Assembly: GCA_036339735.1 (NCBI GenBank) | Contig: JAYZAL010000100.1 | Location: 1-64,000 of the forward strand | Source: Candidatus Poribacteria bacterium | Lineage (GTDB): Bacteria > Poribacteria > WGA-4E > UBA9662 | Reading direction: 5' to 3' | DNA: 64,000 bases | Part shown: positions 40,367 to 48,980 of the stretch, in pieces | How the letters are laid out: each line of letters opens with the position of its first letter | Numbering within the stretch: the stretch's first letter is position 1 | Notes under the pieces: generated by a model | The model's input: only the letters and a program-made list of their open reading frames with translations | What the model was told of the DNA's origin: nothing | Database searches by the model: none | Program-made: the position numbers and the translations under genes

Positions 40367-41767
40367 ATGGCAGGAAAAATGTTTATCAATTACCGTATTT
40401 TGAAGCTTATATTTTTTGTTATAATTGGCTGTTTATCTGAGTTGGCAATATGGGCAGCGGTCACATCGATGGGTGAAATCAACGCGATTGGGGACGATAG
40501 AGGTATTGTACCAGCTAGTTCAAATGTTGAATTAATCTTCACCCTGAATATTGATCGTTCTCGTGCTGAGCCGGGTGAAGAAATCAAAACGATTGAAATT
40601 ACTATTCCAGCAGGCTTTACTATAGGAGTCAATGATGTCATTTCAGTTATGCGTGAACAAACTGAATTAAATGTGCGCCCAGAGGTTGTTGGTCGTATCT
40701 TACGAATCGTTCTAGTTAAGGAAATTGGTGATTTTTCTTCTTCTTTGTATCAAGTGGTGCTGCGTAGTAAGACTCCAGATGTCATAACTCAAACAGCAAA
40801 ATTTAAGGTTGTTTTGCGTAATCTTCAGGATATTGCCATTGGAGAATATATCAAACCTGGAAATGCGGATGGACGACCAAATAATAACGATTTTTCGTTG
40901 CAAATTATCCCAAATATTCCACCCGACCCAATAATTAATTTTGAAGCTAAAGTCGACGATAATGGAGAAAATGATGTTTATTTGAGCTGGCTACCCTCTG
41001 TGGATCAAGATGTTACTGGCTATTTTATTTATCGTGGAACAGAGGAAGAAATACTGATGACACTCAATGGTCGTGAGACAAAACAGACTACAGATATTAA
41101 CGTACCCGTTGGGAGCTATCGTTATTCTATTCGTGCTTTTAAATCACAACTATTGAAATCAATGGCGAGTCAGAGTCAAGTAATAACTGTCGGTGCTGAT
41201 ACTGCGCCGCCTCTTCCGATCATGAATTTAACTATTCAGACCTTTGGTGAAACCGTCAAATTGATTTGGGTTCAAAGTCCCAGTCAAGATGTAAAAAAAT
41301 ATCAGATTTTGCGCGACGAAATTCTTGTACCAGATGGCGAAATTCTTGCTGATAGTAATAAGAAAGAATATGAATTTGACTATCAATATCGTTTGCCAAA
41401 AGGTGTTACTATTTATTCAGTCTCAGCACTTGATGAAGTTGGTAACAAATCAATATCAATAACACAGACCATTCGAATTTTTGACAAGCCCTATCCAAAC
41501 CCATTTACACCGCTTTCTGATAATCCTGATTTTAATAAAATTTCGTTTCCTAAAAGAGTTTTAAAAGATATAGAAGGTCAGTTTTCAGTATCTATCTTCA
41601 ACCTTAATGGTTCATTAATTAGGACATTGACCGCTGATGCACTTGCAACCAAATTGGAATGGGATGGGAAAAATGAGTCTGGCACAATAGTTGAGAGTGG
41701 AATCTATATCTATCAAGTTACAGTTGGAGATGAATTCAGCACGGGTACAGTAATATTAGCGAAATGA
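40367..41767 (+). CDS. Secreted fibronectin type III protein with a T9SS-like C-terminal domain (type B-like)
   Basis: Signal peptide; two FN3-like units (VYLSW..S.DQDVTGYFIYR; VKLIW..S.SQDVKKYQILR); C-terminus PYPNPFTP...WDGKNESGTIVESGIYIYQV. Confidence 0.8.
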   Translation: MAGKMFINYRILKLIFFVIIGCLSELAIWAAVTSMGEINAIGDDRGIVPASSNVELIFTLNIDRSRAEPGEEIKTIEITIPAGFTIGVNDVISVMREQTELNVRPEVVGRILRIVLVKEIGDFSSSLYQVVLRSKTPDVITQTAKFKVVLRNLQDIAIGEYIKPGNADGRPNNNDFSLQIIPNIPPDPIINFEAKVDDNGENDVYLSWLPSVDQDVTGYFIYRGTEEEILMTLNGRETKQTTDINVPVGSYRYSIRAFKSQLLKSMASQSQVITVGADTAPPLPIMNLTIQTFGETVKLIWVQSPSQDVKKYQILRDEILVPDGEILADSNKKEYEFDYQYRLPKGVTIYSVSALDEVGNKSISITQTIRIFDKPYPNPFTPLSDNPDFNKISFPKRVLKDIEGQFSVSIFNLNGSLIRTLTADALATKLEWDGKNESGTIVESGIYIYQVTVGDEFSTGTVILAK

Positions 41768-41792
41768 CTTAGACAGTATTGGTTACATCGTT

Positions 41793-42482
41793 ATGAAAAC
41801 AATAACAGATATCGAGAACATTATATTTGATTTTGGTGGCACCTTAGATGGAAATGGTATACACTGGCGCGATCGTTTTTTTTATTTAATTAAAAAACAA
41901 ATTCCAGCACTTACTTGGGAACAGTTCGAATATGCTGATCACCGATCTATTGCTGATTTCGTGGCTGATGAACGAACGAAAAGTCGCACTCTGAGACAAT
42001 CAGCAGAAACTATTTTAAGTGGGATTAACCACTATCTTCCGATAGGTATAATAGATTTAGCCTTAACTACCGAGCAATTTTGTCAGCCAGCTGAGGAATT
42101 TCTCAAAAGAAACCGAGATTTTCTTGAAAAACTGGCCAGTAGCTACCGCTTGGGAGTTATTAGTAATAATTTTGGCAACACTCAAGGGTGGTGCGACGAA
42201 TATGAATTGACTCCTCTACTTGACACTGTTATAGACTCGACCGTGGTAGGAATTGAAAAACCAGATCCCCAAATTTTCTATCTTGCACTAGACGAAATGG
42301 GGATAAGCTCAAAGAATTCAGTCTACGTTGGAGACACATTTAGTGACGATGTAGTAGGCTCTAATCAAGCCGGAATGTTTTCGGCTTGGTTGGTTGGAAC
42401 AGAAGACAAAGCCTGTCCGAATCCTTCATTGGTCGATATATTTCTATCTCAATTGGATACTTTGACCGACTTCCTTGCTTAA
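41793..42482 (+). CDS. HAD-superfamily hydrolase
   Basis: IIFDFGGTL, ISN, EKPDPQIF, YVGD...DDVVG. Confidence 0.9.
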   Translation: MKTITDIENIIFDFGGTLDGNGIHWRDRFFYLIKKQIPALTWEQFEYADHRSIADFVADERTKSRTLRQSAETILSGINHYLPIGIIDLALTTEQFCQPAEEFLKRNRDFLEKLASSYRLGVISNNFGNTQGWCDEYELTPLLDTVIDSTVVGIEKPDPQIFYLALDEMGISSKNSVYVGDTFSDDVVGSNQAGMFSAWLVGTEDKACPNPSLVDIFLSQLDTLTDFLA

Positions 42483-42512
42483 TCTTAATGATCAATTACG
42501 TTGTTTTAGAAC

Positions 42513-44114
42513 ATGAGCGAATTTTTTCCTCTTTTTCAAGATCCTAGTCTGAAACAGATTTTAAAACTGCTAAAAAACGGTAATCTAGATACCGCTAGGC
42601 GACAATGCTACTCTATTTTATTACAAGATAATCAAAATACTTCTGTTCTTTTCCTTCTCGGTGTAATTGCTGAAAAAAAAGGTGAGATTGAAAGTGCAGT
42701 AAAGTACCTAAAAAAATCAATTGTCGCCAATTCAAATAACCTGGAAAAACACAACTATCTAGGTCAAACTTTGGAAAAACAGGGGGCAATTTCAGAAGCG
42801 ATCGCTGTCTATCGATACTCTCTCAGCAAAAATCCTAGCCAAGTTCAGATTCTAGCCAAATTGGCTAATTTACTGCAATCAGGTGGATCTTTTGATTTGG
42901 CTATCTACTACTATCAACGTGCCATCGAAATCGATCCAAGTTGTCACACGAATTACAATGGTTTAGGTTTAAGCTTACAAAAAAAAGGCATGCAAAACGA
43001 AGCGATCAAAGTTTTTCAACGATCGATCGCTATCAATCCTCAGATCGCAGACAGCTACTATAATTTGTGTGGAGCTTTGCTTATCCAGGGAAGGGCTACT
43101 GACGCTGTAAAAGTTTATCAAACTGCTGTTTCTATTATTCCGGATAGTGCGCAGCTTCGCTTTTTTTATGGTCAGTCGCTGCTCTTAATTGGTGATTTTG
43201 CAACTGGCTGGGTCCAATATGAAGCTCGTGTAGAATTAGAATCCTTCAAGTTATACAAAGACATACCACTTTTACCGAAAGTAGATGATTCAAGACAAAA
43301 GAAACAATCTATTTGTGTGTATGCTGACCAAGGAATTGGAGATGCTATTCAATTCCTACGTTTTTTACCACAAATTGCTCAACTTGGGGCTAGAATAGGC
43401 CTCGTCTGCCAAAAAGAATTATTGCCCTTGATTGAGCAGAACCAAATTGAACTCAATATTAAGTCAGTGTATGCATTGGATTCTACACTTAACAAAAAAG
43501 AATTCGATTATTGCCTACCCTTGTCTAGCTTGGCTTATTACTTGGGAATCAACGAAGAAAATCATTTTACACCTAGAATTCCTTATATTAGCTCTGCTAG
43601 ATGTCACTCTCACTGTCAATTAGAAATAAGTAAATTTAGAGTTGGCCTAGTTTGGGCAGGTAATCCTAAACACGTTAATGACCAATTTCGGTCAATCTCT
43701 CTGCAACACTTTGCGACTTTTTCTGACTTATCTGAATGTCAGTTTTATAGCCTGCAAGTAGGAGCTAAGGCTAATCAATTGAAAACACTCCAGCCAAATT
43801 TTCCCATTATCGATTTAAGCCAGTATTTACGAAATTTTGCAGATACTGCCAGTGTAATCGATCAGCTTGACCTCTTGATTAGCGTTGATACTTCTGTAGC
43901 TCACTTAGCGGGTGCAATGGGTAAATCTGTGTGGGTACTAATTCCGTCCAAACCCGATTGGAGGTGGCAACTAGACCGTAGTGATAGCCCTTGGTATCCC
44001 AGCTTAAGGCTATTTCGACAAAAAAAAATCGGTCTATGGTCTGATGTTTTGGACGAGATCAAAGCACAACTTTTGATTCTTATGCAGACTCATCAAGCCC
44101 AATTTAGGACTTGA
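42513..44114 (+). CDS. TPR-repeat protein with a C-terminal glycosyltransferase (GT9-like) domain
   Basis: N-terminal TPRs; DQGIGDAIQFLRF, VGLVWAGNP, LDLLISVDTSVAHLAGAMG, DWRW...SPWYP. Confidence 0.85.
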   Translation: MSEFFPLFQDPSLKQILKLLKNGNLDTARRQCYSILLQDNQNTSVLFLLGVIAEKKGEIESAVKYLKKSIVANSNNLEKHNYLGQTLEKQGAISEAIAVYRYSLSKNPSQVQILAKLANLLQSGGSFDLAIYYYQRAIEIDPSCHTNYNGLGLSLQKKGMQNEAIKVFQRSIAINPQIADSYYNLCGALLIQGRATDAVKVYQTAVSIIPDSAQLRFFYGQSLLLIGDFATGWVQYEARVELESFKLYKDIPLLPKVDDSRQKKQSICVYADQGIGDAIQFLRFLPQIAQLGARIGLVCQKELLPLIEQNQIELNIKSVYALDSTLNKKEFDYCLPLSSLAYYLGINEENHFTPRIPYISSARCHSHCQLEISKFRVGLVWAGNPKHVNDQFRSISLQHFATFSDLSECQFYSLQVGAKANQLKTLQPNFPIIDLSQYLRNFADTASVIDQLDLLISVDTSVAHLAGAMGKSVWVLIPSKPDWRWQLDRSDSPWYPSLRLFRQKKIGLWSDVLDEIKAQLLILMQTHQAQFRT

Positions 44115-44148
44115 ATCATTATCCATCATCAGCTCGTTGGAATATTTT

Positions 44149-45243
44149 ATGTTCTATCATCTATTTTTTGAAACATTGAAGGAATACTTTTCGCCCTTCA
44201 ATATTTTTCGCTATATCAGTTTTCGAGCTATTTACGCTACTATTACAGCCTTGCTACTCTCGCTTTTTTTGGGACCAATGATGATTACCTACCTAAAGAA
44301 ACTTAAAATTGGTCAATATATACGAGAGGATGGACCACAAACACATCTTAGTAAAGCCGGAACTCCCACAATGGGTGGAGTCCTAATAATTGCGTCAGTG
44401 TTAATGTCTATAATAATGTGGGCTCGCTGGGATCAACCAATTTTATACATTATGATTTTCAGCCTAATTTGGTTTGCTGGATTGGGTTTTCTAGATGACT
44501 ATCGTAAATTGACCCAAAGACAGTCTCTCGGCTTACGCGCTTGGCAAAAGCTTTGTCTTCAAGGGATTGGTGCAATAATTATTTCAGTCTATCTTTTCAA
44601 GTATGGATATAGCAGTTCTGAAGAAGGTGGAAAACTGATTATTCCATTTTTCAAACAGTACCGGCCTAATTTAGGCTACTTAATGATCCCATTTTCTGTT
44701 TTGGTGATTGTTGGTTCATCCAATGCTGTCAACTTGACAGATGGCTTAGATGGTTTGGCGATTGGTTGTACGTTGTTTGTAGCTGTTGCGTTTGGAGTGA
44801 CAGGTTATTTAACCAGTCATCAAAATTTGTCAAACTATTTGGACATTATTCACTTACCTACTAATGGAGAAGTAGCCACGATCTTTTGCGCAGCTCTAAT
44901 AGGAGCTGGTATTGGATTTTTGTGGTACAACTGTCATCCAGCTGAGGTTATAATGGGAGACACGGGATCACTTGCACTCGGTGCTTCACTTGGTACAGTT
45001 GCTCTTGTTATCAAAGCGGAAATTATGCTCGTTATTGTCGGAGGGATTTTTGTAGTCGAGGTACTGTCTGTAATTTTACAAGTATGGTCATTTCGTACCC
45101 GACAAAAACGGATTTTCAAAATGGCTCCTCTACATCATCATTTCGAACTAATCGGTTGGCACGAGACTAAGGTTGTCACTCGTTTCTGGATTATCGCACT
45201 GATCCTGATGCTGATTGGACTGAGCACCTTAAAAATCCGATAA
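44149..45243 (+). CDS. mraY: Phospho-N-acetylmuramoyl-pentapeptide transferase
   Basis: KAGTPTMGG, GFLDDY, SNAVNLTDGLDGLA, MGDTGSLALG, MAPLHHHFE. ATG 44149 preferred (ORF track 44137). Confidence 0.97.
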   Translation: MFYHLFFETLKEYFSPFNIFRYISFRAIYATITALLLSLFLGPMMITYLKKLKIGQYIREDGPQTHLSKAGTPTMGGVLIIASVLMSIIMWARWDQPILYIMIFSLIWFAGLGFLDDYRKLTQRQSLGLRAWQKLCLQGIGAIIISVYLFKYGYSSSEEGGKLIIPFFKQYRPNLGYLMIPFSVLVIVGSSNAVNLTDGLDGLAIGCTLFVAVAFGVTGYLTSHQNLSNYLDIIHLPTNGEVATIFCAALIGAGIGFLWYNCHPAEVIMGDTGSLALGASLGTVALVIKAEIMLVIVGGIFVVEVLSVILQVWSFRTRQKRIFKMAPLHHHFELIGWHETKVVTRFWIIALILMLIGLSTLKIR

Positions 45244-45268
45244 AAATACGTGATCATGGAGAAGAAAT

Positions 45269-46171
45269 ATGTCACCAACATTACCCGATCCTCGCAATGA
45301 AGATATTCTTATTTATATTGACGGTCAACTATTCCCGAGGGAAGAGGCTAAAATTTCAGTTTTCGATAGCCTCGTACAAGGTGGAGATGGTGTTTGGGAA
45401 GGCTTACGAGTTTATAACGGTCGTATTTTTGCCTTGCAACCCCACCTTGAACGCTTGAGGGATTCAGCTCACGCAATGGCTTTTGTCGATATTCCTAGTG
45501 ACAAACAAATTAAACAAGCTATTTTTCAAACTTTAAAAGCCAATGACATGAGAGATGAAGTTCACATCCGCTTGACACTAAGTCGAGGAAAAAAGGTTAC
45601 GTCTGGTATGAGCCCTCACTTTAATCAGTATGGCTCTACTTTGATTGTCTTAGCTGAATGGAAAAAACCAGTTTATAATCCAGATGGTATACGTTTGATT
45701 ACGTCAGCTATTCGTCGGAACAACCCACAGTGTATTGATTCCAAAATTCACCACAATAATTTGGTTAATAATATTATGGCTAAAATTGAGGCAAATGTTG
45801 CTGGGGTAGATGATGCAATTATGCTAGATTTGAATGGCTTCGTTTCAGAAACTAATGCTACAAATCTCTTTCTGTTTAAGAATAGTTGTCTGATAACACC
45901 ACACGCTGATAGTTGTTTAGCTGGTATTACCAGATCTATGGTTTTGAATATTGCCCGCTCCGCAGATATTGAGACCACTGAGCGTAACATTTCACTTAGT
46001 GAGGTCTATACAGCCGATGAGGTTTTTACTACTGGAACCATGGGTGAACTTTCACCAGTGCTAGTCGTTGATGGGCGAATTATAGGGGACCAAGCAGGGA
46101 CAATGACCCGGAAACTACAACTGTTGTATAATCAAGCTACGACCACTCAAGGAGAAAAACTTCCTTTTTAA
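45269..46171 (+). CDS. Class IV PLP aminotransferase (branched-chain / D-amino-acid aminotransferase family)
   Basis: AKISVFDS..QGGDGVWEGLR, HLERL, SETNATNLF, CLAGITR, ADEVFTTGT. Confidence 0.9.
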   Translation: MSPTLPDPRNEDILIYIDGQLFPREEAKISVFDSLVQGGDGVWEGLRVYNGRIFALQPHLERLRDSAHAMAFVDIPSDKQIKQAIFQTLKANDMRDEVHIRLTLSRGKKVTSGMSPHFNQYGSTLIVLAEWKKPVYNPDGIRLITSAIRRNNPQCIDSKIHHNNLVNNIMAKIEANVAGVDDAIMLDLNGFVSETNATNLFLFKNSCLITPHADSCLAGITRSMVLNIARSADIETTERNISLSEVYTADEVFTTGTMGELSPVLVVDGRIIGDQAGTMTRKLQLLYNQATTTQGEKLPF

Positions 46172-46197
46172 ACCTGAATTTGAATTGACATTGATTA

Positions 46198-46836
46198 ATG
46201 CTAGGTAAAATTAATGAGAAAATTTTAATTGGTCTTGAAATATTGGCTTCTCAGGACTCAAAGATGGCAAAACTAATCCAATTTTATGGGAATCCACAAA
46301 TTGATCCTAAGCCAGAAAGTCATTTTAGCTCATTAGTCAGATCCATAGTTTATCAACAATTAAGTGGGAAGTCAGCTTCCGCAATATACAAAAGATTAAG
46401 ACAGTTATATTTTGAAAAACCCGATTTCGAACCTGAGGAGATTTTTCAAACAGATGATTCAGTTCTGAAGAGTGTCGGTTTATCAGCCCGAAAGGTTGCT
46501 TACATTAAAGAATTAGCTTGGCATTTTCTATCCGGTAAAATTAACATAGGTAATAATTCAAATGAGACCGAAATTAGAAATACATTGATCGCTATTAAGG
46601 GGATTGGTCCATGGACAATCGATATGTTTTTAATTTTCAAAATGTCTAGATTGGACATTTTTCCTGACTCTGACCTCGGCGTCAAAAAGGGATTACAAAT
46701 TTTATTACAGTTGAAATCTAGTCCGACCAAAGAACAAATAGCCAACATTTCAAACCAATGGCGCCCCTACCGCACACTGGCAACTTGGTACTTGTGGAAA
46801 ATAGCCGACTATGGATTACCCAAAGATTTGCATTAA
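46198..46836 (+). CDS. DNA-3-methyladenine glycosylase (AlkA/HhH-GPD family)
   Basis: SIVYQQLS, GLSARKVAYI, HhH IKGIGPWT, FPDSDLGV, WRPYR. Confidence 0.9.
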   Translation: MLGKINEKILIGLEILASQDSKMAKLIQFYGNPQIDPKPESHFSSLVRSIVYQQLSGKSASAIYKRLRQLYFEKPDFEPEEIFQTDDSVLKSVGLSARKVAYIKELAWHFLSGKINIGNNSNETEIRNTLIAIKGIGPWTIDMFLIFKMSRLDIFPDSDLGVKKGLQILLQLKSSPTKEQIANISNQWRPYRTLATWYLWKIADYGLPKDLH

Positions 46837-47046
46837 TTGACAAATCAGATAGCCATAATTTCTCAATTCTCAAAAGTATTTGATCAAAATTAAAGAAGGT
46901 CGATCTCAAGCCAGTTTAGAATTGGCACAACCCTCCAAGTGATCTGCCACCAAGTCGAGGAACCAGTTTGTGCTAGAATAAATTGCAGAGCTATACATAA
47001 ATCATTGAAGAAGGATATACAAGTAAACAGAAATAGACTCAATAAA

Positions 47047-48126
47047 CTAAACTAGCTTGTCTACTACATCTGTATTCAATCGTTGTAAGAGCAAGAGTAA
47101 TAGGGCCTTAGTGGAATTGTAATCATCAATGTTCATAATTGAGATGTGGCTGTGGATGTATCTTGTAGGTACACCGAGTACAATTGTAGGAATACCATAA
47201 CGACTTTTGTGTATAGCTGCGGCGTTCGTTCCACCCGAATTCCGAACTGCAATTTGGTGGGGAATAGCGTGCTGAACAGCGATTTCAATAACCAAATCGG
47301 CTAGAATGGGATTCGCAATGTGAGTGGGATCGAATAGCCGAATTTGGCATCCACCTCCTAATCTTCCTTGTGACGCGTCTTGCTCAAAACCAGGCAGGTC
47401 ATCTGCAGGTGGAGCCTCCAATACAATCGCCACGTCAGGTCGAATCATTTCGGTCATTGTAATTGCCCCCCTCACTCCGACTTCTTCCTGTACGGACCCA
47501 ACACCAATTATAGTATTAGGATGAGCAGAGGCTTTTGCTAGTTCTTTCAAAGTTTCGATTACTAAGGCGACAGCAATTCGGTTATCGAATGCTTTGGCGG
47601 AATACAGTTTGGGGTTCTTTAGGCTCTGAAAACTGGTAGCTGGTACTACCGGGCAACCAGGACGAATTCCATATTCTTCCTCGGCCTGTCTTTGATTTTC
47701 GGCACCGACATCAATATAAAGATCATTGATATCTAATACCTTGTTTTTAGCACTATCACCCAATAGATGAGGTGGGGTAGAGCCGATAATGCCAATAACT
47801 TTTTGTTGATTTATCTTCGATAAAATTCGTACCTTTTGGGCGAGTAGTGTGTGTGTCCACCAGCCACCCAAATTGATAAATTTCACAAAACCACTCGATG
47901 TTACCCTTTGAACCATGAATCCAACTTCATCGACATGAGAATCAATTAACACACGTGGGCCAGCCGAACGACCTGGCACCATACAGGATATACCACCCAT
48001 TTTGTCTTGCTTTAGTTCACCTATACCTGTTAAGTGATCACGAAAGATATTTGTGACTTCTCGCTCGTAGCCGGGAACCGCATCGGCATTAGTTAAAGTT
48101 TTCAGTAAATCGACTGATTGAGCCAT
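47047..48126 (-). CDS. M42 family aminopeptidase
   Basis: SHVDEVG, KAFDNR, QEEVGVRGA, GGTNA, RYIHS. Confidence 0.92.
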   Translation of the reverse strand: MAQSVDLLKTLTNADAVPGYEREVTNIFRDHLTGIGELKQDKMGGISCMVPGRSAGPRVLIDSHVDEVGFMVQRVTSSGFVKFINLGGWWTHTLLAQKVRILSKINQQKVIGIIGSTPPHLLGDSAKNKVLDINDLYIDVGAENQRQAEEEYGIRPGCPVVPATSFQSLKNPKLYSAKAFDNRIAVALVIETLKELAKASAHPNTIIGVGSVQEEVGVRGAITMTEMIRPDVAIVLEAPPADDLPGFEQDASQGRLGGGCQIRLFDPTHIANPILADLVIEIAVQHAIPHQIAVRNSGGTNAAAIHKSRYGIPTIVLGVPTRYIHSHISIMNIDDYNSTKALLLLLLQRLNTDVVDKLV

Positions 48127-48149
48127 TTTTCAACTACCCTGTCATTAGA

Positions 48150-48959
48150 TTAATGTTGACTTTGATTGTCTACAGCTTGAGAAACTTTGTATTGCAAAAA
48201 ACGCGGACAAACAGCGTTGAGCAGAGGAATCCATTTTAACTTGCTCGGTAGATACATTTTTTGTTTTCCTGTTTTGATCGCAGTCAAAATTGACTGAGCA
48301 CATTCATCGACTTCAATTGATTCCTTATTGTGTGATCGTTTTTGCGTTCCCATCGGCAATCCTTCTAAGTTAAAGGCATTTTGCCTCAGGTTGGTACCAC
48401 GAATCCAGCCCAAGTAAATGTGTAAAAAGCGAACCATTCCTTTCATCTCAATTTCTAAGGATGCCAAGAACCCTTGAAGAGCATGTTTTGAGGCAGCGTA
48501 GCCAGTATGTTCAGGAAATCCCATTAAAGCTTGGGCTGTGGACATTTGAGCGATTAAGCCCTGATTCTTTTTGAGATGGGGCAACGCAGACTTCACGCAG
48601 TGAACTGCCCCCATATAATTTATATCAATCAAGGATTGAAAGAATTGTACATCTTTGATACTTTCGAAATCTGACCACATGCTGATTCCAGCATTCAAAA
48701 CTAAAACATCAAGTTTCTCAAACGTGTCAATTGTTTCTTTAACTAAATTTTCGCACTGCTCAGAATCGGTAATATCAGTAGGAATAGCCAAAGCTGTACC
48801 ACCACTGCTATTGATATCGGAGGCCAATTCCAACAGCTTGGATTCCGTTCTCGCGGCTAATACAACTGATGCTCCATTGAGGCTTGCTCTTTTCGCTAAA
48901 GTAGCTCCAATACCTGAAGATGCACCCGTGATAACAATTGTTTTCTTATTTAGTTGCAT
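48150..48959 (-). CDS. SDR oxidoreductase, DHRS7B/PexRAP-like; candidate acyl/alkyl-DHAP reductase
   Basis: ITGASSGIG, AARTE, LNAG, YAASKHAL. The substrate is inferred from operon context. Confidence 0.8.
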   Translation of the reverse strand: MQLNKKTIVITGASSGIGATLAKRASLNGASVVLAARTESKLLELASDINSSGGTALAIPTDITDSEQCENLVKETIDTFEKLDVLVLNAGISMWSDFESIKDVQFFQSLIDINYMGAVHCVKSALPHLKKNQGLIAQMSTAQALMGFPEHTGYAASKHALQGFLASLEIEMKGMVRFLHIYLGWIRGTNLRQNAFNLEGLPMGTQKRSHNKESIEVDECAQSILTAIKTGKQKMYLPSKLKWIPLLNAVCPRFLQYKVSQAVDNQSQH

Positions 48960-48980
48960 GTGATATTTGCTTGATTCTAT

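Noticed and set aside
47047-48126. M42 peptidase as part of the ether-lipid pathway
   Set aside because: Probably co-transcribed (23-nt gap), but it is an ordinary aminopeptidase with no evident role in lipid chemistry.
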